From NCBI RefSeq assembly GCF_001457595.1, contig NZ_LN831039.1, positions 2,850,001-2,882,000 on the forward strand: a stretch of 32,000 nt of DNA. Direction: 5' to 3'. Source of the DNA: Mycolicibacterium smegmatis (GTDB lineage: Bacteria; Actinomycetota; Actinomycetes; Mycobacteriales; Mycobacteriaceae). Numbering within the stretch: position 1 is the stretch's first letter; each line of letters opens with the position of its first letter. Both the position numbers and the translations under genes were made by a program. The notes under the pieces were generated by a model, which was given only the letters and a program-made list of their open reading frames with translations, was not told the origin of the DNA and searched no databases. This document shows, in pieces, positions 1-7,386 of the stretch.

Positions 1-141
1 CCAGTCGCCTTCGGCGAACGTCTCCTCGGGCAGCATGCCGACATTGACCTTGCGATGCTCACCCGCGACGTCGACCAGGGCGAGTTGTCCGCCGTAGCCG
101 TCGAGCATCCGGACCACCCGTCCGGGAATTCCCAGGCACAT
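1..141 (-). CDS. hypC: HypC/HupF-type [NiFe] hydrogenase assembly chaperone, N-terminal 47 codons (gene continues past the left edge)
   Basis: Manual minus-strand translation from ATG (139-141): MCLGIPGRVVRMLDGYGGQLALVDVAGEHRKVNVGMLPEETFAEGDW. The MCLG(I/V)PG N-terminus with Cys2 is the HypC signature. The start lies 1 nt after the stop of the upstream protease gene. Confidence 0.85.
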   Translation of the reverse strand, partial: MCLGIPGRVVRMLDGYGGQLALVDVAGEHRKVNVGMLPEETFAEGDW

Positions 142-142
142 G

Positions 143-625
143 TCAGGTCCTCCGCACCGGGGTCCGGTGATCTGCCACCGCGGATCTGATCGCCTCGACC
201 GCAGCGGGGACGGCGGCGGCGACCGCGTCGGACAGTCCGATGCCTTCGGCGACACTGCCCACCTCACAACCGATCACGACCGTGGGCGGCACGGCGCCGC
301 CGAGGGCGCGCACGGTCGCGAACACGGCCGCGGGATCCATGGCGTGCGCATCGAGGCCGGGGGTCGTGTCCATGGGGTCGGCCTCGAAGACGCGTAGGGT
401 CCCGGGCCGGACGCGACACGGCAGGGCGTCGACCAGCACCAGGAGGTCCCAGCCCTCGAGCAGGTCGTACGCCAGGTGCAGCCCGCGGATTCCGTAGTCG
501 CACAGACGGACACCCGCGGCAGCCACGTCCGGTGGCACACGGCGCAGCACCTCGGGACCGAACCCGTCGTCACCGAGGAAGATGTTGCCGATGCCGGCCA
601 CCAGGACCGAGTGCGTGATCGTCAC
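143..625 (-). CDS. [NiFe] hydrogenase maturation endopeptidase (HupD/HyaD/HycI family), 160 aa
   Basis: Track ORF. N-terminus VLVAGIGNIFLGDDGFG matches the GxGNxxxxDDGxG motif of hydrogenase C-terminal processing proteases. The co-encoded large subunit carries a 22-aa extension after CxxCxxH, the expected substrate. GTG start sits 3 nt after the micro-ORF stop. Confidence 0.85.
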   Translation of the reverse strand: MTITHSVLVAGIGNIFLGDDGFGPEVLRRVPPDVAAAGVRLCDYGIRGLHLAYDLLEGWDLLVLVDALPCRVRPGTLRVFEADPMDTTPGLDAHAMDPAAVFATVRALGGAVPPTVVIGCEVGSVAEGIGLSDAVAAAVPAAVEAIRSAVADHRTPVRRT

Positions 626-628
626 TCC

Positions 629-748
629 TCACATACGCCGCATCTTCAGATACCGCTGCGCGTCCGGTATCGAACGAACTCCGACCACCACGCCCGCGAC
701 CACCACGGCCGCGACGACGACGACCGCGGCCCACCCGACTGCTTCCAT
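629..748 (-). CDS. 39-aa single-pass membrane micro-protein (not in the ORF track, below its size cutoff)
   Basis: Manual translation: MEAVGWAAVVVVAAVVVAGVVVGVRSIPDAQRYLKMRRM. ATG at 746-748 is preceded by GAGAGGAG with a 6-nt spacer. It fills the otherwise empty gap between the 441-aa ORF (stop 774) and the protease (start 625). 31 of 39 codons end in G/C, like neighbouring genes. Hydrophobic helix followed by a basic tail. Confidence 0.55.
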   Translation of the reverse strand: MEAVGWAAVVVVAAVVVAGVVVGVRSIPDAQRYLKMRRM

Positions 749-773
749 CTGGCACTCCTCTCACTGCGTCCGC

Positions 774-2099
774 TCATATGGGTTCGATTTCGTCCGGCGC
801 GAAGTACAGGTAACGGCCGTACCAGTCGTGCAGGTCGGCCGCCGGATCGTCGTCGAGCACCACACCGACATGCCGTTCGCCGTCGACGTCCTCGTGAATG
901 GAGGCCACCCAGGCGATCCGGTTGTCGAAGAACAGATCCTGTGCGTCGGCGCGGCGAGACGGATGCAGCCGCACCCGGCAGCCGCGGCTGACCGCGACAC
1001 CGTTGACCAGCACGGCATCGACCGCCGGGTCGACGGCGTTGTCCGCCAGCGGATCCCACCACGGCACGCCGTCGGGGACCTCCGGGAGCAGGCTGGACCG
1101 CTCATCGTCGGTGGTGCGCAGTACGCCGTGCAGGTCGAGCATCGCCTCGGCGGACATGGCGTCGCACCGGTCGATGATCTGCGCGGCGAGCGGGTCGGTC
1201 GCGCGCGCCAGCAGCTTCTCCTCGTCGGTCAGCGCCATCACGCGCAGGGTGAGGATCTCGTCGATCTCGCACGAGTCGTACAGGGCGCCCCGGCTCTGCG
1301 CGGCGATCTGGGGGTGGTCGTAGAGGATGATCGGTGAGACCAGCATGAGATCTCGGGTCCCGTCGGGCCCGGCCAGAACCGGGAAGCAGCGGTGCCGCTC
1401 ACACCGCGACACTGCTTCGGCCGCGCGATCATCCGGTTCGAGCAGTGACACGAACTCGCCGTCGTCGATCTCGGCGATCAGGTGGGTGCCGAGGAACGAC
1501 ACCGCGGTCGCGCTCTGCCTGTCCTCGACCGGAGCGGCGCGGTTGCGCACCGTCATCGTCACCCGGAACAGGTCGCCGTCGGGTTCGGCCCGAAGGAGCA
1601 GTTCACCGCACAGGGCCCGGCGGGTGCGAACCAGACGCCCGCCCTCGACGGTCTCGATCTCGCGGCCGCCTTCGACGGTGATCGGGTGCGTTCGCGAAGT
1701 CGTGAGATCATCGACATCGAACGGGCCGAGGGTGACCTGCTGCGCGACGGCCTCGTCCCAGCTCAGCCATGAGCCCGCGGTGGACACGAGTTCGTCGACG
1801 GGGACGAAACTTTCGCGCGCGGCGTCGTCGAGGTGGCGGCGCTCGGCCGACCTGTGCTGCAGCTGCAGGAAACGGACCGTCACCGAGAGCCGTCCGCGGC
1901 CGTCGCCGCGGACGAGGAGCTGTGCGGACATCGAGCTGTTCTCGCCGATCCCGGCGGATTCGGCGCCTTCGGGCCCCAGAACGCCCCACTGCCAACGGCA
2001 CTGGTTCTTGGCCGCATCCCCACGGTAGGGGTACAGCAGGTAACCCTCGTAGAGCACGGCATCGGCGACTGCGAGGACCTGTTCTGTGGCGGTGCTCAT
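774..2099 (-). CDS. Hydrogenase-operon protein of unknown function, 441 aa
   Basis: Track ORF 774..2606 trimmed to ATG 2097-2099 (MSTATEQVLAV...), which overlaps the upstream gene stop as ATGA. The longer version would overlap the upstream gene by about 500 nt. No motif I can assign. No hydrophobic segments. Confidence 0.75.
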   Translation of the reverse strand: MSTATEQVLAVADAVLYEGYLLYPYRGDAAKNQCRWQWGVLGPEGAESAGIGENSSMSAQLLVRGDGRGRLSVTVRFLQLQHRSAERRHLDDAARESFVPVDELVSTAGSWLSWDEAVAQQVTLGPFDVDDLTTSRTHPITVEGGREIETVEGGRLVRTRRALCGELLLRAEPDGDLFRVTMTVRNRAAPVEDRQSATAVSFLGTHLIAEIDDGEFVSLLEPDDRAAEAVSRCERHRCFPVLAGPDGTRDLMLVSPIILYDHPQIAAQSRGALYDSCEIDEILTLRVMALTDEEKLLARATDPLAAQIIDRCDAMSAEAMLDLHGVLRTTDDERSSLLPEVPDGVPWWDPLADNAVDPAVDAVLVNGVAVSRGCRVRLHPSRRADAQDLFFDNRIAWVASIHEDVDGERHVGVVLDDDPAADLHDWYGRYLYFAPDEIEPI

Positions 2100-2752
2100 G
2101 GGATGTCCTCCCGGGCCAGCAGTGTGCCGACCGCTTCGTCGAACGACAGCAACCCCCGCTGGGTCTTGTACCCGGCGAGCCGCTCGAGGGTGTCGCGGTC
2201 CAGCCGCAGCCAGCCGGTGTGGGGGAAGTGCCGCTCCATCAGGAGCTGCCACACCGCGACGGGCATGTCGACGTGGTCCTCGCGGTCCCACGGGATGTGC
2301 TGGACCGCGAGCCCGCCTGCACCGCGGGTGAACACGGTGCCGCTGAACAGGAATTGCAGCGGCACCGTGCCCTCCCGCAGTGCGTGCAGATATTTCGACG
2401 CCGCGACCTCGAAGTCGTACGTGCAGTTCAACGCCAGGTCGATCTGTGTGGCGCCGGTGAAGCCGGGGACCATCGCCGCCGTGTGCTGCCACAGGAACGT
2501 GTGCTGCGTGGTGTTCCAGCGGTCGCGGGGCCCGAACAGATCCAGTAGACCGGCGGCCTCGGCGTCGGTGTAGGCGCGCCGTAGCGGGTCGATGCGAACC
2601 TGACACCGCAGCGCGATCGCGTGCACAGGGTCTTCACCCGTCGCGGACACGCCCAGCCGCGCCGTCAGGATCGGTGTCACCGCAAAGGGTTCCGGCGCGA
2701 TGTCGAGAACCGCGAAGGTGACCGCGAGCGGATCTGCGCCAAGGCTGGTCAC
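2096..2752 (-). CDS. Hydrogenase-operon protein of unknown function, 218 aa
   Basis: Track ORF 2096..3451 trimmed to GTG 2750-2752 (VTSLGADPLAVTFAVLDI...), which overlaps the upstream stop as GTGA. Strong GC3 bias. No recognisable catalytic motif. Confidence 0.7.
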   Translation of the reverse strand: MTSLGADPLAVTFAVLDIAPEPFAVTPILTARLGVSATGEDPVHAIALRCQVRIDPLRRAYTDAEAAGLLDLFGPRDRWNTTQHTFLWQHTAAMVPGFTGATQIDLALNCTYDFEVAASKYLHALREGTVPLQFLFSGTVFTRGAGGLAVQHIPWDREDHVDMPVAVWQLLMERHFPHTGWLRLDRDTLERLAGYKTQRGLLSFDEAVGTLLAREDIP

Positions 2753-3399
2753 GGCGGCACCTCCGTGCCCCGCTCGCGCAGCGAGTCGAAGAACTCCGCG
2801 ATGTACCTGCGGACGTCCTGACCGCCGTCGAAGCCGCGCCACAGCAGCCGCAGCCTCCCCACGAACTCGTAGCACGTGTCGATGGGCACGAGATGACAAG
2901 CGGGAGCGGTGTTCTCGTCGTCGCCCTGGTCGACGCGGAGCATCAACGCCTCGGTGTCGTCGGCGAGCAGCGTGGCCCGTGGATCGGCGTTCTCGATGTC
3001 CTGCCAGGCGGTGAGGTCCAGTTCGGATTCGGTCGCGCCGGCCGGGCCCGGATAGAACGCGGCCACCCGTCCGAGGACGGAGTTGCGCATGAAGAACACC
3101 ACACCGACCGGAATCTGCAGCGCCTCCAGTTCGCGCCTGTCCAGGGCGAATTGCGGAAACGTCAGGTAGCGATCCGGCACGGCGCGGTACCGCAGCTCGG
3201 CATGATCGTGGGTGAACAGCAGATAGCAGGCCCGGCACACGCACATCAGCTGCCGGCCTTCGACGTTGACGACGTGCTGGTGGTGCCCGCCGATCGGTTC
3301 TGCGCACATCTCGCAGCACTCGTCGGTGCTCGCAGCCGGGCCGCCACGGACGTCCCGGGTCGCGCGGATCCGGGCCAGGACGTCCTGCGGGCCGGTCAC
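2749..3399 (-). CDS. Cys-rich hydrogenase-operon protein of unknown function, 216 aa
   Basis: Track ORF. GTG start 3397-3399 overlaps the hhyE stop (GTGA). N-terminal cluster CCEMC-x20-CVCRAC (CCxxC...CxCxxC) looks like a zinc-ribbon/rubredoxin-type or Fe-S metal site. Confidence 0.75.
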   Translation of the reverse strand: MTGPQDVLARIRATRDVRGGPAASTDECCEMCAEPIGGHHQHVVNVEGRQLMCVCRACYLLFTHDHAELRYRAVPDRYLTFPQFALDRRELEALQIPVGVVFFMRNSVLGRVAAFYPGPAGATESELDLTAWQDIENADPRATLLADDTEALMLRVDQGDDENTAPACHLVPIDTCYEFVGRLRLLWRGFDGGQDVRRYIAEFFDSLRERGTEVPP

Positions 3400-4319
3400 G
3401 GTCCGGCCTCACCTGCGGTGGACCACAGGGCCAGCGTCGGCACACCGTCACGCATCAGGACCGGCACGGGTTCGAGCTGGGCGGAATCCGACAGGCCCGC
3501 GTGGACCACGTCGAAACCGGTGGCGCAGTGCGGGCATCGCAACACCTGCCCGGTGAGCACCGCACCGGCGAACGTGCGGCCGCACGATGCGCAGCGGTCG
3601 TGGTAGGCGAAGTATTCGTCGCCGACCCGGCAGGCCATCACCGTGGCTCCGTCGACGCGGAACCCACCCACCTGACCGGGGGAGAGGCCGTCGAGCTCGG
3701 GGACCGCATGCCATTCGACGTGGCGCCTGCCGTCGGAGTGCACACGCGCCAGCAGCGATTGCGCGGGGATCACGGCAGCAGGTTCCGGTTCGGCGTTCAC
3801 CACCTCGATCGACGACACCTCCGGGGCCGCGGCCAGCACGGCGTCGGAGATCGCGAGCTCCAAGGTGGCCGCCGACGACGGGCAGCTCTTGCAGCTGCCG
3901 CTGAACCGCAACCGCGCCACCGCACCGTCTGCCCCTGGCACGACGTCGAGCAGTCGGACATCACCGCCGTGGGAACCGAGATACGGCCGCACGCGGTCGA
4001 GGGCGTCGGCGATGCGGCGGTGCACCGGATGCGGGTGCAGGCCGTGCACCAACAGCAGGCTCGCCACCAGATCGTCGGCCGCGAACGTCCCGGCGAGCTC
4101 CGGTGCGGCCGTGACCGCGGCGCGCACCATGCGTTCCAGCGCGGCGCCGTAGAGGTCGGTGACCTCGCGCACCAACTGCTCGGCGCGGGCCCGCGCGGTC
4201 GGGCCGGCCGCGGCGTCGAGGAGGCTCTCGATCCGCTCACCCGCCGTGCGCCATCGGGCCTCGTCGCCGGACTGTGTGTCAACGGGAACGTCGGCAAGTG
4301 GCGTGACGGCGGGCGCCAT
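3396..4319 (-). CDS. hhyE: Putative iron-sulfur protein: NifU-C-like domain plus Rieske-like domain (HhyE-type), 307 aa
   Basis: Track ORF, starts 3 nt after the hhyL stop. The central segment RVRPYLGSHGGDVRLLDV...GSCKSCPSS resembles a NifU C-terminal CxxC module. The C-terminal segment HDRCASCG-x15-CPHCATGFD resembles a Rieske fold with altered ligands. The position matches the Fe-S protein reported as required for Hhy activity in M. smegmatis (from memory). Confidence 0.8.
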   Translation of the reverse strand: MAPAVTPLADVPVDTQSGDEARWRTAGERIESLLDAAAGPTARARAEQLVREVTDLYGAALERMVRAAVTAAPELAGTFAADDLVASLLLVHGLHPHPVHRRIADALDRVRPYLGSHGGDVRLLDVVPGADGAVARLRFSGSCKSCPSSAATLELAISDAVLAAAPEVSSIEVVNAEPEPAAVIPAQSLLARVHSDGRRHVEWHAVPELDGLSPGQVGGFRVDGATVMACRVGDEYFAYHDRCASCGRTFAGAVLTGQVLRCPHCATGFDVVHAGLSDSAQLEPVPVLMRDGVPTLALWSTAGEAGP

Positions 4320-4322
4320 GCG

Positions 4323-6119
4323 TCAGTCCCCGGTCGCGGACTGTGTCGGAGTGTGCAGCAGGTCCAAGGTTTTTCCGCCGCCGAGGTACATGTGCACACC
4401 GCACGGCAGGCACGGATCGAAGCTGCGCACCGTGCGCATGATGTCGATGCCCTTGAAGTGCTCCCGATCGTTCTCCTCGAAGATCGGCTGACCCTGCACG
4501 GCGTCCTCGTAGGGCCCCGGTGTGCCGTAGCTGTCACGGGGATTGGCGTTCCACGGCGTCGGTGGGTACGGGTGGTAGTTCGCGATCTTGCCGTCGCGGA
4601 TCACCATGTGGTGGCTCAGCACGCCGCGAACGGCCTCGGTGAACCCGCAGCCGATGCCCTCGTCGGGCACCTCGAACTTCTCCCACGTCTTGGTGCGGCC
4701 CGCGCGGATCTCGGTGAGTGCCTTCTCGGCGAAGTGCAGCGCACACGCCGCGGCGTAGGCCTGGAAGTACGTCCTGGCGCGGTTGCGTTCGATGGTGTTG
4801 CTGCCCTTGGCCGGGATCTTCCACTCGAATTCGACGGGTCCCTTGAGCGCGGTCTTGGGCAGGTTGATCTGCACGCTGTTGCCGGTCGACCTGACGTAGC
4901 CGATGTCGACGAGGCCTGCCAGCGCGGTCGCCCACAACCGTGCGAGCGGTCCGCCCCCGGTGTCGAGGGCGAGGTGGTCCTTGCCGTCGAACCACCGCGG
5001 CGACATCACCCAGCTGTAGTTCTCGTCGAAGTCGCGCTTCTGCGGCTTGGGGTTGGTGTGCTGATTCCACGGATGCCGCCGGTCCACCGGATTGCCCAGC
5101 GGATCGGTCTTGACGAACATCTCCTGGTCTTCCCAGTCGTCGTAATAGCTGTGGCCCAACAGGATCCGGATGCCGAGGTTGATATCCACCAGCGATGTGG
5201 TGACCAGCTTGCCGTCGACGACCACGCCGGGGGTGACGAACATCTTGCGGCCCCAGGCCTCCATGTCGCGGTAGCTGAAGTTGCAGTGCTCGGGGTCCTG
5301 GAACGAACCCCAGCACCCCAGCAGCGTGCGGCGCAGACCCACCTGCTCGTACCCGGGCAGTGCCTCGTAGAAGAAGTCGAAGAGGTCGTCGTGCATCGGG
5401 ACGACCTTCTTCATGAACTCGACGTAGCGCATCAACCGTGTCATGTAGTCGGTCATCAGCTGGATCGTCGCCACGGTGCCGACCCCGCCGGGATACAGCG
5501 TGGACGGGTGCACATGGCGACCTTCCATGAGGCAGAACATCTCTCGGGTCCACCGGCTGACCTGCAGCGCCTCACGGTAGAACTCGCCGGTGAACGGGTT
5601 GAGGGCCCGCATGATGTCGGCGATCGTCCGGTAGCCGTGCATGCCCGCGTGCGGCGCCTCGGTGTTCTCGGCCTTGGCCAGCACACTCGGATTGGTCTCG
5701 GAGACCATCTTCTCGCAGAAGTCCACCCCGACCAGGTTCTCCTGGAAGATGTTGTGGTCGAACATGTACTCCGCGGCCTCACCCAGGTTGACGATCCACT
5801 CGGCGACGTGGGGCGGTTGCACGCCGTAGGCCATGTTCTGGGCGTAGCACGAGCACGTGGCGTGGTTGTCACCGCAGATGCCGCAGATGCGACTGGTGAT
5901 GAAGTGCGCGTCCCGCGGATCCTTGCCCTTCATGAACAGCGAGTAGCCCCGGAAGATCGACGACGTGCTGTGGCATTCGACGACCTCGCGGTTCTCGAAG
6001 TCGATCTTGGTGTAGATGCCGAGGCTGCCGACGATGCGTGTGATGGGGTCCCACGACATCTCCACCAGTTGGCCCGGCTCGCGTTCGGTGTCTGACGGCT
6101 TGGGAGCTGTGGTGGTCAT
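4323..6119 (-). CDS. hhyL: [NiFe] hydrogenase large subunit, group 1h-like, 598 aa
   Basis: Track ORF 4323..6221 trimmed to ATG 6117-6119 (MTTTAPKPSD...). N-terminal Ni-Fe ligand motif TSRICGICGDNH. C-terminal motif SFDPCLPCGVH followed by a 22-aa tail (MYLGGGKTLDLLHTPTQSATGD). Confidence 0.95.
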   Translation of the reverse strand: MTTTAPKPSDTEREPGQLVEMSWDPITRIVGSLGIYTKIDFENREVVECHSTSSIFRGYSLFMKGKDPRDAHFITSRICGICGDNHATCSCYAQNMAYGVQPPHVAEWIVNLGEAAEYMFDHNIFQENLVGVDFCEKMVSETNPSVLAKAENTEAPHAGMHGYRTIADIMRALNPFTGEFYREALQVSRWTREMFCLMEGRHVHPSTLYPGGVGTVATIQLMTDYMTRLMRYVEFMKKVVPMHDDLFDFFYEALPGYEQVGLRRTLLGCWGSFQDPEHCNFSYRDMEAWGRKMFVTPGVVVDGKLVTTSLVDINLGIRILLGHSYYDDWEDQEMFVKTDPLGNPVDRRHPWNQHTNPKPQKRDFDENYSWVMSPRWFDGKDHLALDTGGGPLARLWATALAGLVDIGYVRSTGNSVQINLPKTALKGPVEFEWKIPAKGSNTIERNRARTYFQAYAAACALHFAEKALTEIRAGRTKTWEKFEVPDEGIGCGFTEAVRGVLSHHMVIRDGKIANYHPYPPTPWNANPRDSYGTPGPYEDAVQGQPIFEENDREHFKGIDIMRTVRSFDPCLPCGVHMYLGGGKTLDLLHTPTQSATGD

Positions 6120-6199
6120 CAGGATCTTCTTCCGTGAAGGACGCTGCGGGGGAGGAGATGTCGACACCGCGTCGAGGCGGTGGCGGACGTGGCTGCGGA

Positions 6200-6219
6200 G
6201 CCGACCCGCGCGGGCCGGC
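6200..6219 (-). other. GC-rich intercistronic stem-loop in the hhyS-hhyL spacer
   Basis: mRNA sense is GCCGGCCC-GCGC-GGGUCGGC: 8-bp stem with one G.U pair and a 4-nt loop. It starts 2 nt after the hhyS TAG stop and has no U-tract. It lies in an unusual 102-nt gap in an otherwise tightly coupled operon. Confidence 0.4.
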
Positions 6220-6221
6220 AC

Positions 6222-7277
6222 CTACCAGGTGCGGGTGGCCCCGGATTCCAGCTTCGTACCGCGATGCCGCCACCGTGGTTCCTTGTCCACGGTGCGGCCG
6301 GTGATGTGGCGCAGGCTGCGGATGGCCGAGCCGTAGAGACCCGATGCGGCAGTGGAGACCTTGCCGCCGGGCGGCTCGTCCATGAACGGCATGAACTTGT
6401 CGGGGAATCCCGGCATCGTGCACCCGATGCAGATGCCGCCGACGTTGGGGCAGCCGCCGATACCGTTGATCCACCCGCGTTTCGGCACGTTGCACTTGAC
6501 CACGGGGCCCCAACACCCGAGTTTGACAATGCATTTGGGGGAGCCGTACTCGGTGGCGAAGTCGCCCTGCTCGTAGTATCCGGCGCGGTCGCACCCCTCG
6601 TGCACCGACTGTCCGAACAGCCACTTCGGCCGCAGCGCGTCGTCCAGCGGGATCATGGGCGCCTGATCGGTGGCCATGTACAGCAGGTAGGTCAGGGTCT
6701 CGGCCAGGTTGTCGGGATGGATCGGGCAGCCCGGCACGCACACGATCGGTATGCCCGCCTTGCTCTTCCAGTCCCAGCCCAGATAGTCGGGCACGCCCAT
6801 GGCGCCGGTCGGGTTACCGGCCATGGCATGGATCCCGCCGTAGGTGGCGCACGTGCCGACGGCGACCACCGCGGTGGCCTTCGGGGTGAGCCGGTCGAGC
6901 CACTCGCTCGTGGTGATCGGTTGCCCGGTCGCCGGGTCGTTACCGAACCCGCACCAATACCCTTCGTTCTTGATCTCCTCGTTGGGGATCGAGCCCTCGA
7001 CGACGAGTACGAACGGGTCGAGTTCACCGCGTTCGGCTCTGAAGAACCAGGCGAGGAAATCGTCGGCCCCGCCCGTGGGCCCGCATTCGAAATCGATGAG
7101 GGGCCAGTGGACGGCGATCTTGGGCAGGCCGGGGAGCGCCCCGAGAGCGATCTCCTCGATGCTCGGTTGCGTGGCGGCAGTCAACGCCACAGAATCACCG
7201 TCACAACTCAATCCGGCGTTGATCCAAAGCACATGGATCAGTGCCTGTTCCGCCTTGACTGCAGCCTCCGTTGGCAT
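6222..7277 (-). CDS. hhyS: [NiFe] hydrogenase small subunit without Tat signal, 351 aa
   Basis: Track ORF. It begins MPTEAAVKAEQALIHVLWINAGLSCDGDS with no RRxFxK twin-arginine leader. Fe-S ligand-rich segments: GTCATYGG, CVPGCP, GCWGPVVKCNVP, CPNVGGICIGC. No C-terminal membrane helix. Confidence 0.95.
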   Translation of the reverse strand: MPTEAAVKAEQALIHVLWINAGLSCDGDSVALTAATQPSIEEIALGALPGLPKIAVHWPLIDFECGPTGGADDFLAWFFRAERGELDPFVLVVEGSIPNEEIKNEGYWCGFGNDPATGQPITTSEWLDRLTPKATAVVAVGTCATYGGIHAMAGNPTGAMGVPDYLGWDWKSKAGIPIVCVPGCPIHPDNLAETLTYLLYMATDQAPMIPLDDALRPKWLFGQSVHEGCDRAGYYEQGDFATEYGSPKCIVKLGCWGPVVKCNVPKRGWINGIGGCPNVGGICIGCTMPGFPDKFMPFMDEPPGGKVSTAASGLYGSAIRSLRHITGRTVDKEPRWRHRGTKLESGATRTW

Positions 7278-7342
7278 ACGTCACAGCTTTCCGGGGCCCG
7301 GGCTGGGGGTCCCAACGTCCCGAGTGAAGACGCGCGCGGTGT

Positions 7343-7358
7343 GTTCCAGCGCTGGAAC
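7343..7358. promoter_or_regulatory. Perfect 16-bp palindrome GTTCCAGCGCTGGAAC in the hypB-hhyS spacer (candidate operator or RNA hairpin)
   Basis: Read directly from the sequence. It lies in the 109-nt gap between the hypB stop (7387) and the hhyS start (7277). Confidence 0.3.
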
Positions 7359-7386
7359 TCGGTTTACTCCGGCGAGATCGGCTTTG

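Noticed and set aside
570-764. 64-aa minus-strand track ORF spanning the protease start
   Set aside because: It overlaps the protease gene, is Arg/Gly-rich and has no SD. The 39-aa ORF in another frame (629-748) explains the gap much better.
2100-2606. Upstream extensions of track ORFs: 774..2606, and likewise 2096..3451, 4323..6221, 8638..8715, 11953..12837 and 29018..30091
   Set aside because: The extensions overlap well-supported neighbouring genes or promoter regions. Internal starts with SD motifs or 4-nt stop/start overlaps give lengths consistent with known homologues.
3501-6095. 864-aa plus-strand ORF
   Set aside because: It is entirely antisense to the unmistakable [NiFe] large-subunit gene. 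Its composition is Arg/Gly/Ala/Val-rich, as expected for the complementary frame of a high-GC gene. There is no SD and no motif.
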